A DNA stretch of 64,000 nt from Naegleria gruberi (lineage: Eukaryota). A program made the position numbers and the translations under genes. Position 1 is the first letter of the stretch. Each line of letters begins with the position of its first letter. The notes below the pieces were generated by a model. The model did not search any database. It was not told the DNA's origin and saw only the letters and a program-made list of their open reading frames with translations. The DNA is taken from the NCBI GenBank assembly GCA_000004985.1, contig GG738857.1; one strand, given 5' to 3'. Shown piece after piece: positions 54,221 to 63,696 of this stretch.

Positions 54221-56176
54221 ATGATTACCAAAACAGAAGAGGTGGTAAACGGTATGACTATAATAACTCCAACAAAAATGGAGGAAAAAATGGAACCTCA
54301 AATTCCAAGTGACCCCATAATAGGGGGAAGGTTATCCAAATTTTCAAAGGAGTGGGAAAAGATAACCTCCAACAAAACAATATTAGATTGGGTAAAGAAT
54401 GGTCTAACAATCAACCACAACCCCCAACTAATCCATCCACTTCCACAGAGAGAACCAACGAAAGAGAAAGAGAAAATTTGGTTCCAAGAACACATAGAAC
54501 AACTGAAACAACAAGAAATGATTATAGAAGTTTCCAACAAAGAAGAAGTATTAATTCACCCAATCTACCTCATACCAAAGCGAAATTCAACAGAGCCATT
54601 CAGACCAATTTTAGATATGAGAGGGGCAAACTCTGGAATAGAAACGCTTCACTTCAAACAAGAAACGTTGAAGACAATAATGAAATTGTTAAAAAGAGGT
54701 CAATGGTGTGGAAAAATAGATCTGAAATCTGGTTACAATCACCTAAAAATAGAACGCAATTCACAGCATCTTCTAGCCTTCCAATTCAACAACAAAAGGT
54801 ACAAATACACAACTCTTCCATTTGGGCTAAATATCGCACCAAGAACATTTCACAAGATTATGAAAACAGCAATCACTCAATTAAGAAAAGAAAGTATAGT
54901 CATATTCTTCTATCTGGACGATATTTTAATAATAGGAAATTCCTTTCAAGAATGTCAGAAAAACATAGAAAGAACGAGACAATTATTAGAAAGTCTTGGC
55001 TTTGTAATTCAGATGAAAAAGTCAGTACTGTCTCCTGTTCAAGAAATAGATTTTTTAGGATCAACAATCAACACAAAACTAGGAACACTTTGTCTTCAGA
55101 AAGAAAAAATCAACACAGCCCAAAAGATCCTCAAGAAACTAGAATTGAAACATTTAAGTCAACGAAGAATCAAGATCAGAAAGTTCCAATCAATAATAGG
55201 GAAATTGATGTTCCTAAGTACAATAGACAAGAACTTAAGACCTTTTCTAATTCGACCTCAACATCACATTTCAAATATGGTAACAAAGAAAGGATGGTTA
55301 GGAGAAATGCATATCTTACGAAGCGATTTTCAAGATTTAAAGACAATCTCTGCAATCCTAAAACAATCAAAAGGAACAACGTTCGAACTAGAAACAACAT
55401 TACAAATCCTAACAACGGACTCATCGACGACAGGTTTTGGTGGAGTATCCAAAAACCTAATAATGCATGGCAGATGGAGCCATCAAATTCAAGAATACCA
55501 TATCAATTTAAAAGAATTACTAGCAGTCGAACAAATGATATTGGCAATTCAAAAGAACAAGTCTTTTTCAAAAGGAACACAATTTCACGTACGAACAGAC
55601 AATCAAGTAATCATGACTTACCTCAAGAATGGAGGAGGAAAAGTAGATTACTTAGCAACAGTAGCAAGAAGAATATGGAAAATATGTATCAACAACAATT
55701 GGCTAATCAGAAAAGTAACGTACCTTCCTTCCAAAGAAAATTTCTTTGCAGACAAGCTCTCAAGATTGGGAGAATGGGAAATAATCAATTCAACTTTCAA
55801 TCAACTCCAGCAAAAATTTGGTCCTTTCAGCATAGACCAATTTGCAAGCCAAACAAATTGCAAAGTAAGAAGGTTCGGTCAAAGAAACTTCTATCAGGAT
55901 GCTTTTTTGAACAATTGGGAACAGGAGAACAATTATTTGGTTCCTCCCTTAGGCTTAATCCTCCCAACAGTAACACACTTACTAAAAAGCAAAGCAAAGG
56001 CTCTTCTAATCGTTCCAAAATGGGAAAGCGCAGTTTGGTGGCCAGTTCTAATGAAGATAACACAAGAAACATTATTCTTAACGAAAGAGGACATGATCTT
56101 CAATCAAGACATGGAACTATCCAGAAACTCAGAATGGAACTTTGTAGCACTAAAGGTTCAAGCAACCACCTACTAA
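54221..56176 (+). CDS. ORF2, reverse transcriptase plus RNase H of the DIRS/Ngaro-like element (651 aa)
   Basis: RT motifs (IPKRNSTEPFRPILDMRGAN, FQFNNKRYKYTTLPFGLNIAPRTF, IFFYLDDILIIG). RNase H (TDNQVIMTYLKNGGGK...ENFFADKLSR). The DIRS-typical downstream block FSIDQFASQTNCKVRRF...LVPPLGLILPTV...ALLIVPKWESAVWWPVL. Confidence 0.8.
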   Translation: MITKTEEVVNGMTIITPTKMEEKMEPQIPSDPIIGGRLSKFSKEWEKITSNKTILDWVKNGLTINHNPQLIHPLPQREPTKEKEKIWFQEHIEQLKQQEMIIEVSNKEEVLIHPIYLIPKRNSTEPFRPILDMRGANSGIETLHFKQETLKTIMKLLKRGQWCGKIDLKSGYNHLKIERNSQHLLAFQFNNKRYKYTTLPFGLNIAPRTFHKIMKTAITQLRKESIVIFFYLDDILIIGNSFQECQKNIERTRQLLESLGFVIQMKKSVLSPVQEIDFLGSTINTKLGTLCLQKEKINTAQKILKKLELKHLSQRRIKIRKFQSIIGKLMFLSTIDKNLRPFLIRPQHHISNMVTKKGWLGEMHILRSDFQDLKTISAILKQSKGTTFELETTLQILTTDSSTTGFGGVSKNLIMHGRWSHQIQEYHINLKELLAVEQMILAIQKNKSFSKGTQFHVRTDNQVIMTYLKNGGGKVDYLATVARRIWKICINNNWLIRKVTYLPSKENFFADKLSRLGEWEIINSTFNQLQQKFGPFSIDQFASQTNCKVRRFGQRNFYQDAFLNNWEQENNYLVPPLGLILPTVTHLLKSKAKALLIVPKWESAVWWPVLMKITQETLFLTKEDMIFNQDMELSRNSEWNFVALKVQATTY

Positions 56177-57099
56177 CATTATTCAAAGCAAGAGATGTTA
56201 TCCTCAAATACAAGTTAGCTGATTCGACAATCAGAACATACAGAAACCACGTTAACAAATTTAAAGATTTTTGTTTCTGGTATAACATTGAAAGATGTTG
56301 GAATCTGAATTCCATTTCCCTTTATCTCACAAACATGTTATTGAAAGGCTCAGGTGGGTCAGTGAAACAAGCATGTGCCGCCCTTCAACATGAAACCAAA
56401 TGTTTGGGCATTGTGGTTGATTGGAAAAATTCAATAATTTCCGATATCAGATCATCTACAACAAAGATATGGTCTCTCTTTGATAGAGAAAAACTAATTA
56501 GAGAACCATTTGATTTAGCTAACCTAAAATATTGGTTAGAAAACCCACCAAACATTGACCCTTGGTCATTCAAACTCTATGCTGCAGTAATTGCTGTTGG
56601 TGTTCGTGCATTAATGAGACCTGGAGAGTTAGCGGATTTGTCATTCGGTGATGTGTCTTACAATAAGGATGGTCATTTAGTTTTCACTTTAGGACAAACA
56701 AAAACAGATCAACAAGGAAAAGGTGAAAAAATTACTATTGAACCTTCCTATTCCGAAATATGTCCTGTCAAAATATTCCAAACCTATTATGATCACTGTA
56801 AGCAATTTAAATCTCCTAAGTGCCCATTATTTAGCAACCCTAGATCCAACACATTCTTTAGAACTGCAGATATTTCTAATATAGTGAAATATGTATCACA
56901 ACATAATCCAAACAACACTTCAATTGTCTCTGGACATTCACTTAGAAAAAGAGGTGCTACACATCTTGCAAAATCTGGTTACACATCTTCTCAACTAAAA
57001 GTTGCTGGACGATGGAGATCTGATTGTTACTTAACATACATATCAGAAGAAATCTTACCTTCCTTAGGTACTTCAAATACTTTATTCTCGGGACAATAA
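56134..57099 (+). CDS. ORF3, tyrosine recombinase (YR) of the DIRS/Ngaro-like element; part of a 915-codon open frame (54352-57099) overlapping ORF2 in the +1 frame
   Basis: YR catalytic residues in order: VRALMRPGELADL (Arg), HSLRKRGATHLAKSGY (His-x-x-Arg), GRWRSDCYLTYI (Tyr). First ATG after the ORF2 stop region is at 56134. The stop at 57097-57099 abuts repeat B1. Confidence 0.75.
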   Translation: MELCSTKGSSNHLLTLFKARDVILKYKLADSTIRTYRNHVNKFKDFCFWYNIERCWNLNSISLYLTNMLLKGSGGSVKQACAALQHETKCLGIVVDWKNSIISDIRSSTTKIWSLFDREKLIREPFDLANLKYWLENPPNIDPWSFKLYAAVIAVGVRALMRPGELADLSFGDVSYNKDGHLVFTLGQTKTDQQGKGEKITIEPSYSEICPVKIFQTYYDHCKQFKSPKCPLFSNPRSNTFFRTADISNIVKYVSQHNPNNTSIVSGHSLRKRGATHLAKSGYTSSQLKVAGRWRSDCYLTYISEEILPSLGTSNTLFSGQ

Positions 57100-57140
57100 C
57101 CCAATTAGTATTTAAAATAATTTATTATTTGTAGAAATCT

Positions 57141-57374
57141 TTAGATTGTTCTATTGGAAATAGAACAGAAGAGATTTGGGAATTATTTGATTGGTTAAAT
57201 GATTAATTTCTATTGGTTGAACATGTTGTAAATATTGTGATGGAGCAATTCAATTTAGTATAAATTGAACGTTGACAACACTCAATAACACTCAAGAGCT
57301 CCAAAGAAAATGTCTCAACAACAACAATCACAACAAAATCAACAAACTCTACAATCCTACCAACCAACCAACAG
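57141..57374 (+). repeat. Right direct repeat A2 (234 bp) of the DIRS/Ngaro-like element
   Basis: Matches A1. Palindrome copy at 57148-57166. Confidence 0.85.
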
Positions 57375-57881
57375 CCCACCCATTTAACCAATTCCTTAAC
57401 GGAATTAGTTAAATTCCCACCCTTTATACATATTATTGTAAGCAGTAACAAATAAGCACATTTGTTCACTTACCTCAGTAAGCTAGAGTTAGCAGACTTC
57501 TCTACAACTGAGTACACATCATTCTTAATTATAAATAGAATGAGTGAGTTCTCTGGAACAATTGGCCATAACGGTTGAATTTCAACTTCTAGGTCAAATT
57601 TATTAGAAAACTGCATTGTAATTTTAGATTCTCCAAAAAGTCTGTACAAGAAGGGACAAGAGAAAAGATCTTTAGCACTAAAGAGACAGACCTTTGAAAT
57701 GTGTATCTTCAAAGTAATACTTGTGCTTTAGTTTATTAAATCTCGATTTCTCGGGACCAAAGCTAAAATCTATCTCAAATTCCACTTTACTTGTAAAGCA
57801 AAATTTTGTGAGACATCTTATAGGAGTAATAAAACCCAATTAGTATTTAAAATAATTTATTATTTGTAGAAATCTTAATAA

Positions 57882-58895
57882 ATGTTTAAAAGAAATTACA
57901 AAAAAATGCAAGAAATCAACGAGCACCCATTCGACGATTTGATCATTAGTAAAATATTAGAATATCTATCCTCATCCACATTAGAAATCATCAATTTAGG
58001 ACAAGTTTGCAAATCATTCCGAAGAATTTGTCTTCATCCTTCCACAAAATTATCATTTTCCAATTATTTATCCAAAAATCGTGATGAAAATTGTGATGAA
58101 TACAATGATCATGATACAGTGAAGGAATATTTACCATTTAATTGGGAAGCATGTTTCGATTTTTTACAATATTTCACAACGATTGATTTGGGATGTCAAT
58201 TTGGGATGCCAGATGCAATGGATTATATTGTTAATGTGGCACTTGCATCGACGAAAATTGAAGAATTATATTTGAAAAATTGTGAAATTTATGCATTGAC
58301 TAATGTAAATTGTAAAATATCGAGATTGGAATGTTGTCAAGTTGTCGTTCCATTACAATTTGAAAGTATTATTCAATATTTTCCTTATTTGAAACATTTA
58401 AAAGTTGAAGATTGTCATGTCCAGTTGGAATGTTCACCAAAATTGCAAATGATATGCGAATGCTTGGAAAGTTTAGTTGCAATTGATTCGTTGAAAGATT
58501 TATTTACAATTAATATTCAATTTGGTCAATTAACAGAATTGACATTTATTTCAACGTTTGAACAGGAAATGTATTTTGAGAAAATTGATTATTGTATGAA
58601 TTATGAAAATTTTCCAAAATTGAAAAAGTTAACTTTGAAAGTTCCATCGAAATGCATTCAATTAGATTTACCAATTTTGGAAGAATTAGTATTGGAAGCA
58701 GAAATAGATTATTATGATTTTCGATCAATGCACACAATGCTTAAATTAGAAAATTTAAAAAAATTGGAAACTACTTCTTTCGATGTATGCAAAGCCAATT
58801 TAATTGCTCCAAATTTGGAAACTTTGATCATTAGAGACGAATTTAACATTGTAAAATCGTGGAATATTAATCCGATTCCCCAAATCGATAAATAA
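57882..58895 (+). CDS. F-box protein (337 aa); start codon lies 5 bp downstream of transposon repeat B2
   Basis: DDLIISKILEYLSSSTLEIINLGQVCKSFRRI is an F-box motif. ATG at 57882, TAA stop. Confidence 0.55.
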   Translation: MFKRNYKKMQEINEHPFDDLIISKILEYLSSSTLEIINLGQVCKSFRRICLHPSTKLSFSNYLSKNRDENCDEYNDHDTVKEYLPFNWEACFDFLQYFTTIDLGCQFGMPDAMDYIVNVALASTKIEELYLKNCEIYALTNVNCKISRLECCQVVVPLQFESIIQYFPYLKHLKVEDCHVQLECSPKLQMICECLESLVAIDSLKDLFTINIQFGQLTELTFISTFEQEMYFEKIDYCMNYENFPKLKKLTLKVPSKCIQLDLPILEELVLEAEIDYYDFRSMHTMLKLENLKKLETTSFDVCKANLIAPNLETLIIRDEFNIVKSWNINPIPQIDK

Positions 58896-59181
58896 TTTTA
58901 TTGTAGTTTCTTTCCCTGGGGAACCCCTTTAATTTCTTAGAGTTCAACTATTACTAGAGCTAAACCTAATATCATACCAATGATTGATCTATTCGATTGT
59001 GTGTTTAATTGTTACATGTAAACTTGATCACTTTCCACTTTCTTTCCATTACAACATGCATTTTAGAAGAATATTTGATTTATCAATTTTCAATGAAACA
59101 TTGAGTTTTACGAGGTTTCACACATTCTGAGAAATAAATAGAGTGCCTCTTCCTAATTGGGAATGAGACAAGAGAAAAAAA

Positions 59182-62100
59182 ATGCAACAATTTGTAAAGC
59201 GAGCAAAGAGTAGGGAGAATGGAAGGGATGGCCAACTGTAAGTGTTTTGGTGTGTTTAGAATAATAATTATTGATGTTTCGAATAGTGGTCAAAGAGGTG
59301 AAAATGGTCATGTAAGTTAAAACTAAAGATATTCATCATACATTATTGATGTGCATAGACTGGAAGACACGGTGCTCACGGATATGGTCATGGAGGGAAT
59401 GGCTATCACGGAGAAAGGTAAATTAAACTAATATTTAACTAAAATATCTTCAAAAAGAGGAGGCAATGGATTTAACGCAACCAATGCTTGGCATGGTGAG
59501 AATGGTGAAGATGCAAAACACGGCAAAGATATTCACATTCTATTGGAAGGTGATGTCATGTCAACTGTTGTTGTGAGTGGTGACTTTAGTTATGGAGGAG
59601 GTGTTTGTGAGATGGTTTGTGTATCAGAGGGAGGAAAGTAAGTTTAGCTTTAAATGCACATGTATTGAAATTAATATTCGAAAGTGGTGGAAATGGTGGA
59701 AAGTAAGTTTGGTTTTGTGAATAATGTTATTAATTTACAAAAAAAATAGTGGTGGAAAGGGAGGCGAGTAAGTAGAAGAATTCCTATAGTTCTGTATTCT
59801 AATTTCGAATAGTGGTGGAGCTGGTGGTCAGTAAGTTTTACTTTAATTTCTATTCGAAATGAACATTTGAAAAAGAGGTGGAATAGGAGGTGCTGGTTCA
59901 CAAGGTAAAAGAGGTGCACCAGGTCAAAATGGAGAAAGGTAAGCAATTATTCTTAACATTAGATTCTAATATTAATATTCGAAATGTAGAGGTGGAAATG
60001 GTGGCAAGTAAGTTTTACATTTTGCAATTATACGAATCAATTCAGTGGTGGAGAGTAAGTTTTTCAAAATTTCATTAAAATTCACTTTTCAAGTGGTGGA
60101 GAGTAAGTAAGAAAGTCTTTTTTAAACTTTATTCGAAACTAATTAGTGGTGGCCATGGAGGAAAGTAAGTTGTTCCTTAATTTTGTAAACAATTTTTACA
60201 CAAACAAGTGGAGGAAATGGTGGCAGGTAAGTTGAAAAAAGGAAATTTCATATTCAAATAACCTTTCGAATAGAGGAGGAAATGGTGGAAATGGAGGATC
60301 AGTCTATATTGACACCACCAATCCATATTTATTGAATTATATTGAAGGAACGAGTATTTCAGGAAGAGGAGGATCTGGTGGTAGAGGTGGAAATGGAGGA
60401 ATTGGTGGCAGTGGTGGAAGGTAAGTGAACTTTCGAATATGTTGAAATTGCAACCTGTTTAAAAGTCCTGGAGAGGGTGGACATGCTGGAAAGGGAGGTG
60501 ATCCAGGTGATCCAATCACCATTACTAGAACTCTTCCAGATAATAGAGTTCACACAGAAATTAAGAGATTTCATCATGGACCAGATGGATCAAAAGGTTA
60601 CAGAGGAAAACAAGGAAAATCTGGAACTAATGGTCAATCAGGACAATCAGGACAACAAGGAACTGATGGAGTTTGTGGAGCTGTCATGTACAGAGTTCTT
60701 GATCCATTCACTAAAATGGTCATTGAACAATCAGCTAAAAAGTACAAACTCAAAGTTATTGATTTTTCATTTGTTCCATTAATTGATGATGGAATTTTGG
60801 AACCAGGAGAACAAGCCAAGATTACAAATTTTGTAATTAAGAATGAAGGTGGATTGACTGCTCCTGCAGGTGCTGAGGTTTCATTGACTGGTGATGGATT
60901 TACTGTTTGTAATATTCCAAAATTCATTCTTCCACAACCAATCGTGCCAGGTCAAGTAATTACTATCACTGATCAGGAATTTCTTGTCCGAGTTGAAGAA
61001 AGAATGAATAAGGAACCAAGAAATTTTGGATCTTTTGCTGCCAATGTCAGATTGAATACTCCAACTAAATATTATGATAAGAAACATGCTAAGGGATGTG
61101 AGAAGAATTTCACAGCAAGACTTCCATTGGCAATTGAATATGCCAACTGTACAAAGGCAATGGATAAACTTCAAAGAGGAATAATGAAGGTTGGTGTGAA
61201 GAATTTGGCAACATTACCTTATGGATCTATGAGTCAATCGATGGTTTGTCAAGTTGGATTGAAAATTGATTTTGATCCAAGAATGGTTGTTTTCCCAGAG
61301 TTGATTCCTAATGCAACAATGGTTGAACCAACCAGTCTCTATATTGAAATTCCAAATTTAATGGCTCTTTCATGTTTGGAACATAATATTGAGTTTGCAT
61401 TCACTGATAGAGTTAATTATTTCGACACCTTGTACTATTCCATTTCTCTTATTTATAAGGGAGAACAAATTGAAAAGCATCTGATGGATGTGAGAATGGC
61501 TCCTTCCTATATGCCTTCACCTCAAGGAGAAAATACATACGATGTCATTTTCTTTACTAATTCTCATATTAATAATGTGGAATTTATGAATTATATGAGA
61601 ATATTTGATGGATTAGCATTGAGAGTTAATTTCTGGGATATTCAAATTAATCAAGGATTGAGTTTCTTCAATAATGATGGAAGAACCAGACATCCAATTA
61701 CTTGGACCAATGATAATCAAGGAAAGGTAATTGTTTATCCAATGGCAAATGATATGGAATATCAACTCATGTTCTCCCATGATATTGTCAATATTGTAAA
61801 GCCAAATCCAGAAAACAAATTATTAGAAGGTGGAATAATTCTAGTTGGTAATGTAACCAATCAACAATTTATTGCCCATTTGAGAACTGCTTCAACAGAA
61901 GTCAAAATTCCAGACGATTCCATCTCTGACAGCTATGTCATTTCAAAGCCAGTTCGTGATCATTTAACTCAAAAATCCAATGAATACATTAAGAAGGTTG
62001 CAGTTACCAAACCAGCTCAGAATTTAGTACTTGGCAGAACTGTTTTCAATCCAAAGAAAATTGGTTCATTCAAAACGCTTTTAGGAGAAGCTTATTATTT

Positions 62101-62833
62101 GGAATTTGGTTTGTTGGCCAATGCCAATTGTTATGCCATCAATTCCAACTCTGCAAACTTCCTCTCACAACAAAGATCAGCCACTCTGTCCACACTCTCC
62201 GGTGTAGGTCAAATGACCATGTCAATCTTGTTGGCTCTTCCACTTCCAAAATTGTTGTACATTTTGAGAAATCCAACAGAATGGCTCAAGACAACAAGAT
62301 TTTACAATGAGTACAAATCTACTGAACAAGGATATTACGAATTGATTGCCTGTGCCTTGTATTGTAAGATTTATCATTCCATTATTTTGAATAGCAAATT
62401 GGAAGAGAATTTGAATTATATTTTACAAGAGTTTGAAAAGCAAACCTCCAATTATGAGAAGAATCCTGAAAAGATTGCCATTTGTGAAGCTCTCTTGTTG
62501 GCTTTCCATCATTTGGGTTCTCAAATCAAGTGGAAAGTTTCACTTTTTAAGAGCTTACCACAAAAAGATTCGTTTGACAAGTTTATGGAATCATTTTCAC
62601 AAGTTTTATCAAAGATTATTGGAGATCCTAATCATGTTAAGAATTTAAAGAAGAATCTTCCAACTATGATTAAGGATTTGGGAAGAGAAAATTATCTTCA
62701 CATTTTGGCAAGTATTCACAGACTTGTCTATGATCAATATCATAAGGCCATTGAGGATGAAATAAGATTGAAGGAAAAGACAGGTCTATTCGCATCAGTT
62801 TCGACTGATTCTCCTGTTAATTATTTAGATTAG
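59182..62833 (+). CDS. Collagen-like / glycine-rich protein with large C-terminal domain of unknown family; 15 exons including nine micro-exons of 9-18 nt; join(59182..59237,59287..59311,59359..59417,59458..59637,59695..59712,59750..59767,59813..59830,59876..59938,59990..60007,60046..60054,60094..60102,60147..60164,60209..60226,60274..60420,60466..62833)
   Basis: Every proposed exon is flanked by AG| and |GTAAGT (or GTAAGC/GTAAAT). All intron phases are mutually consistent across the array. The spliced frame enters the 715-aa ORF 60686-62833 in the correct phase. Exons encode GxGGxGG / G-X-Y units (GQRGENGH, GRHGAHGYGHGGNGYHGE, NGGNGGK, GGKGGE, GGAGGQ, GGIGGAGSQGKRGAPGQNGE, PGEGGHAGKGGDPGDP, GSKGYRGKQGKSGTNGQSGQSGQQGTDG). 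TAG stop at 62831-62833. Confidence 0.65.
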
Positions 62834-62886
62834 TTTTATAAATTCCCATTCCAATTTTATAGACGAAAGAATTTCATTGCATTATT

Positions 62887-63696
62887 TTACTTTCTCTTAT
62901 AAAGAATCATAAAGTTCTTTCTCAATTTAGCTTGTTCAACCTGTTTCTTAAACTCAACTCTTCTCTTTCTCCAATCAAATTCGTATTTGAGATTCTCTGA
63001 TTGCATATTGAGCTTGGCAGTTTCCAATTGAAGTAAATCTCTCTCGGAAAGAATGTACTTTAACTTGATGTTTCCACAAACTCTATCATGATATTTCATA
63101 TACTTGTTTTTAAAGTGTTTGTGGCATTTTGGACATTCTTCCAAACAATCGGCAGTTTTCTTCTTGTTTACACTCTTCTTTAGGAAGATTTTCTTTGGAA
63201 TGCACTCAGTTGAGTGAGATTTCTTGCAGGTTACTTGTTCTTCTCCTTTAGAATAGGCCTTCTTCAATTGCTCCTTGTAAAAGTTTCTTGATTCATAGTA
63301 CATTTCTTCCAATTGAGCAACTCTTCCTTTCATCATCATTAGTTCACTTTCTAATTGTTTCTTCTCCCTTAATAAAGCTTGAATAAACTCCATTTGCTTC
63401 ATTTCAGAGCTTTCACATTTTGTAACTGTTGGTTCTTGAATTTGAGGAACTTTTTCAACATTTTCATTAATTTCATTCTTGAAAATCTTTTTTTCTCTTT
63501 TCTTTTCGGAAGCTTTCAATGCCAAATCAACACGAATTGACTTTCTCTTCAAATAGGGTTGTTTCTTAACCCAAACCTTCTTTTGGATGACAACATTATC
63601 AAAATCATGACAATTTTCTTCATTAAAATGTTGACAATTGACTTGTTCTGGTTGACAAACTTCCAATTCTCCTTCCGTTGATTCAATAAAAGTCAT
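62887..63696 (-). CDS. Coiled-coil protein with C-terminal CCHC (UBZ-like) zinc finger (269 aa)
   Basis: Heptad-rich K/E-rich middle region. CPKCHKHFKNKYMKYHDRVC fits a C-x2-C...H...C zinc finger. ATG at 63696, TAA stop. Confidence 0.5.
   Translation of the reverse strand: MTFIESTEGELEVCQPEQVNCQHFNEENCHDFDNVVIQKKVWVKKQPYLKRKSIRVDLALKASEKKREKKIFKNEINENVEKVPQIQEPTVTKCESSEMKQMEFIQALLREKKQLESELMMMKGRVAQLEEMYYESRNFYKEQLKKAYSKGEEQVTCKKSHSTECIPKKIFLKKSVNKKKTADCLEECPKCHKHFKNKYMKYHDRVCGNIKLKYILSERDLLQLETAKLNMQSENLKYEFDWRKRRVEFKKQVEQAKLRKNFMILYKRK

Larger units (their letters stand above)
53217..57877 (+). mobile_element. DIRS/Ngaro-like tyrosine-recombinase retrotransposon, apparently intact: split direct repeats A1 (53217-53458) and A2 (57141-57374), short repeats B1 (57098-57140) and B2 (57833-57877), three ORFs
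   Basis: A1 and A2 are identical except for one 8-bp indel. A 43-bp B sequence (aacccaattagtatttaaaataatttattatttgtagaaatctt) occurs immediately before A2 and again 460 bp after it. Internal ORFs encode a Q-rich Gag-like protein, RT/RNase H (YLDDILIIG) and a tyrosine recombinase (R...HSLRKRGATH...GRWRSDCYLTYI). Confidence 0.8.

Noticed and set aside
57203-57712. Two minus-strand ORFs (57203-57469, 57470-57712) between transposon repeat A2 and B2
   Set aside because: Low-complexity, no motifs, no plausible ATG context. More likely non-coding element-flanking sequence.
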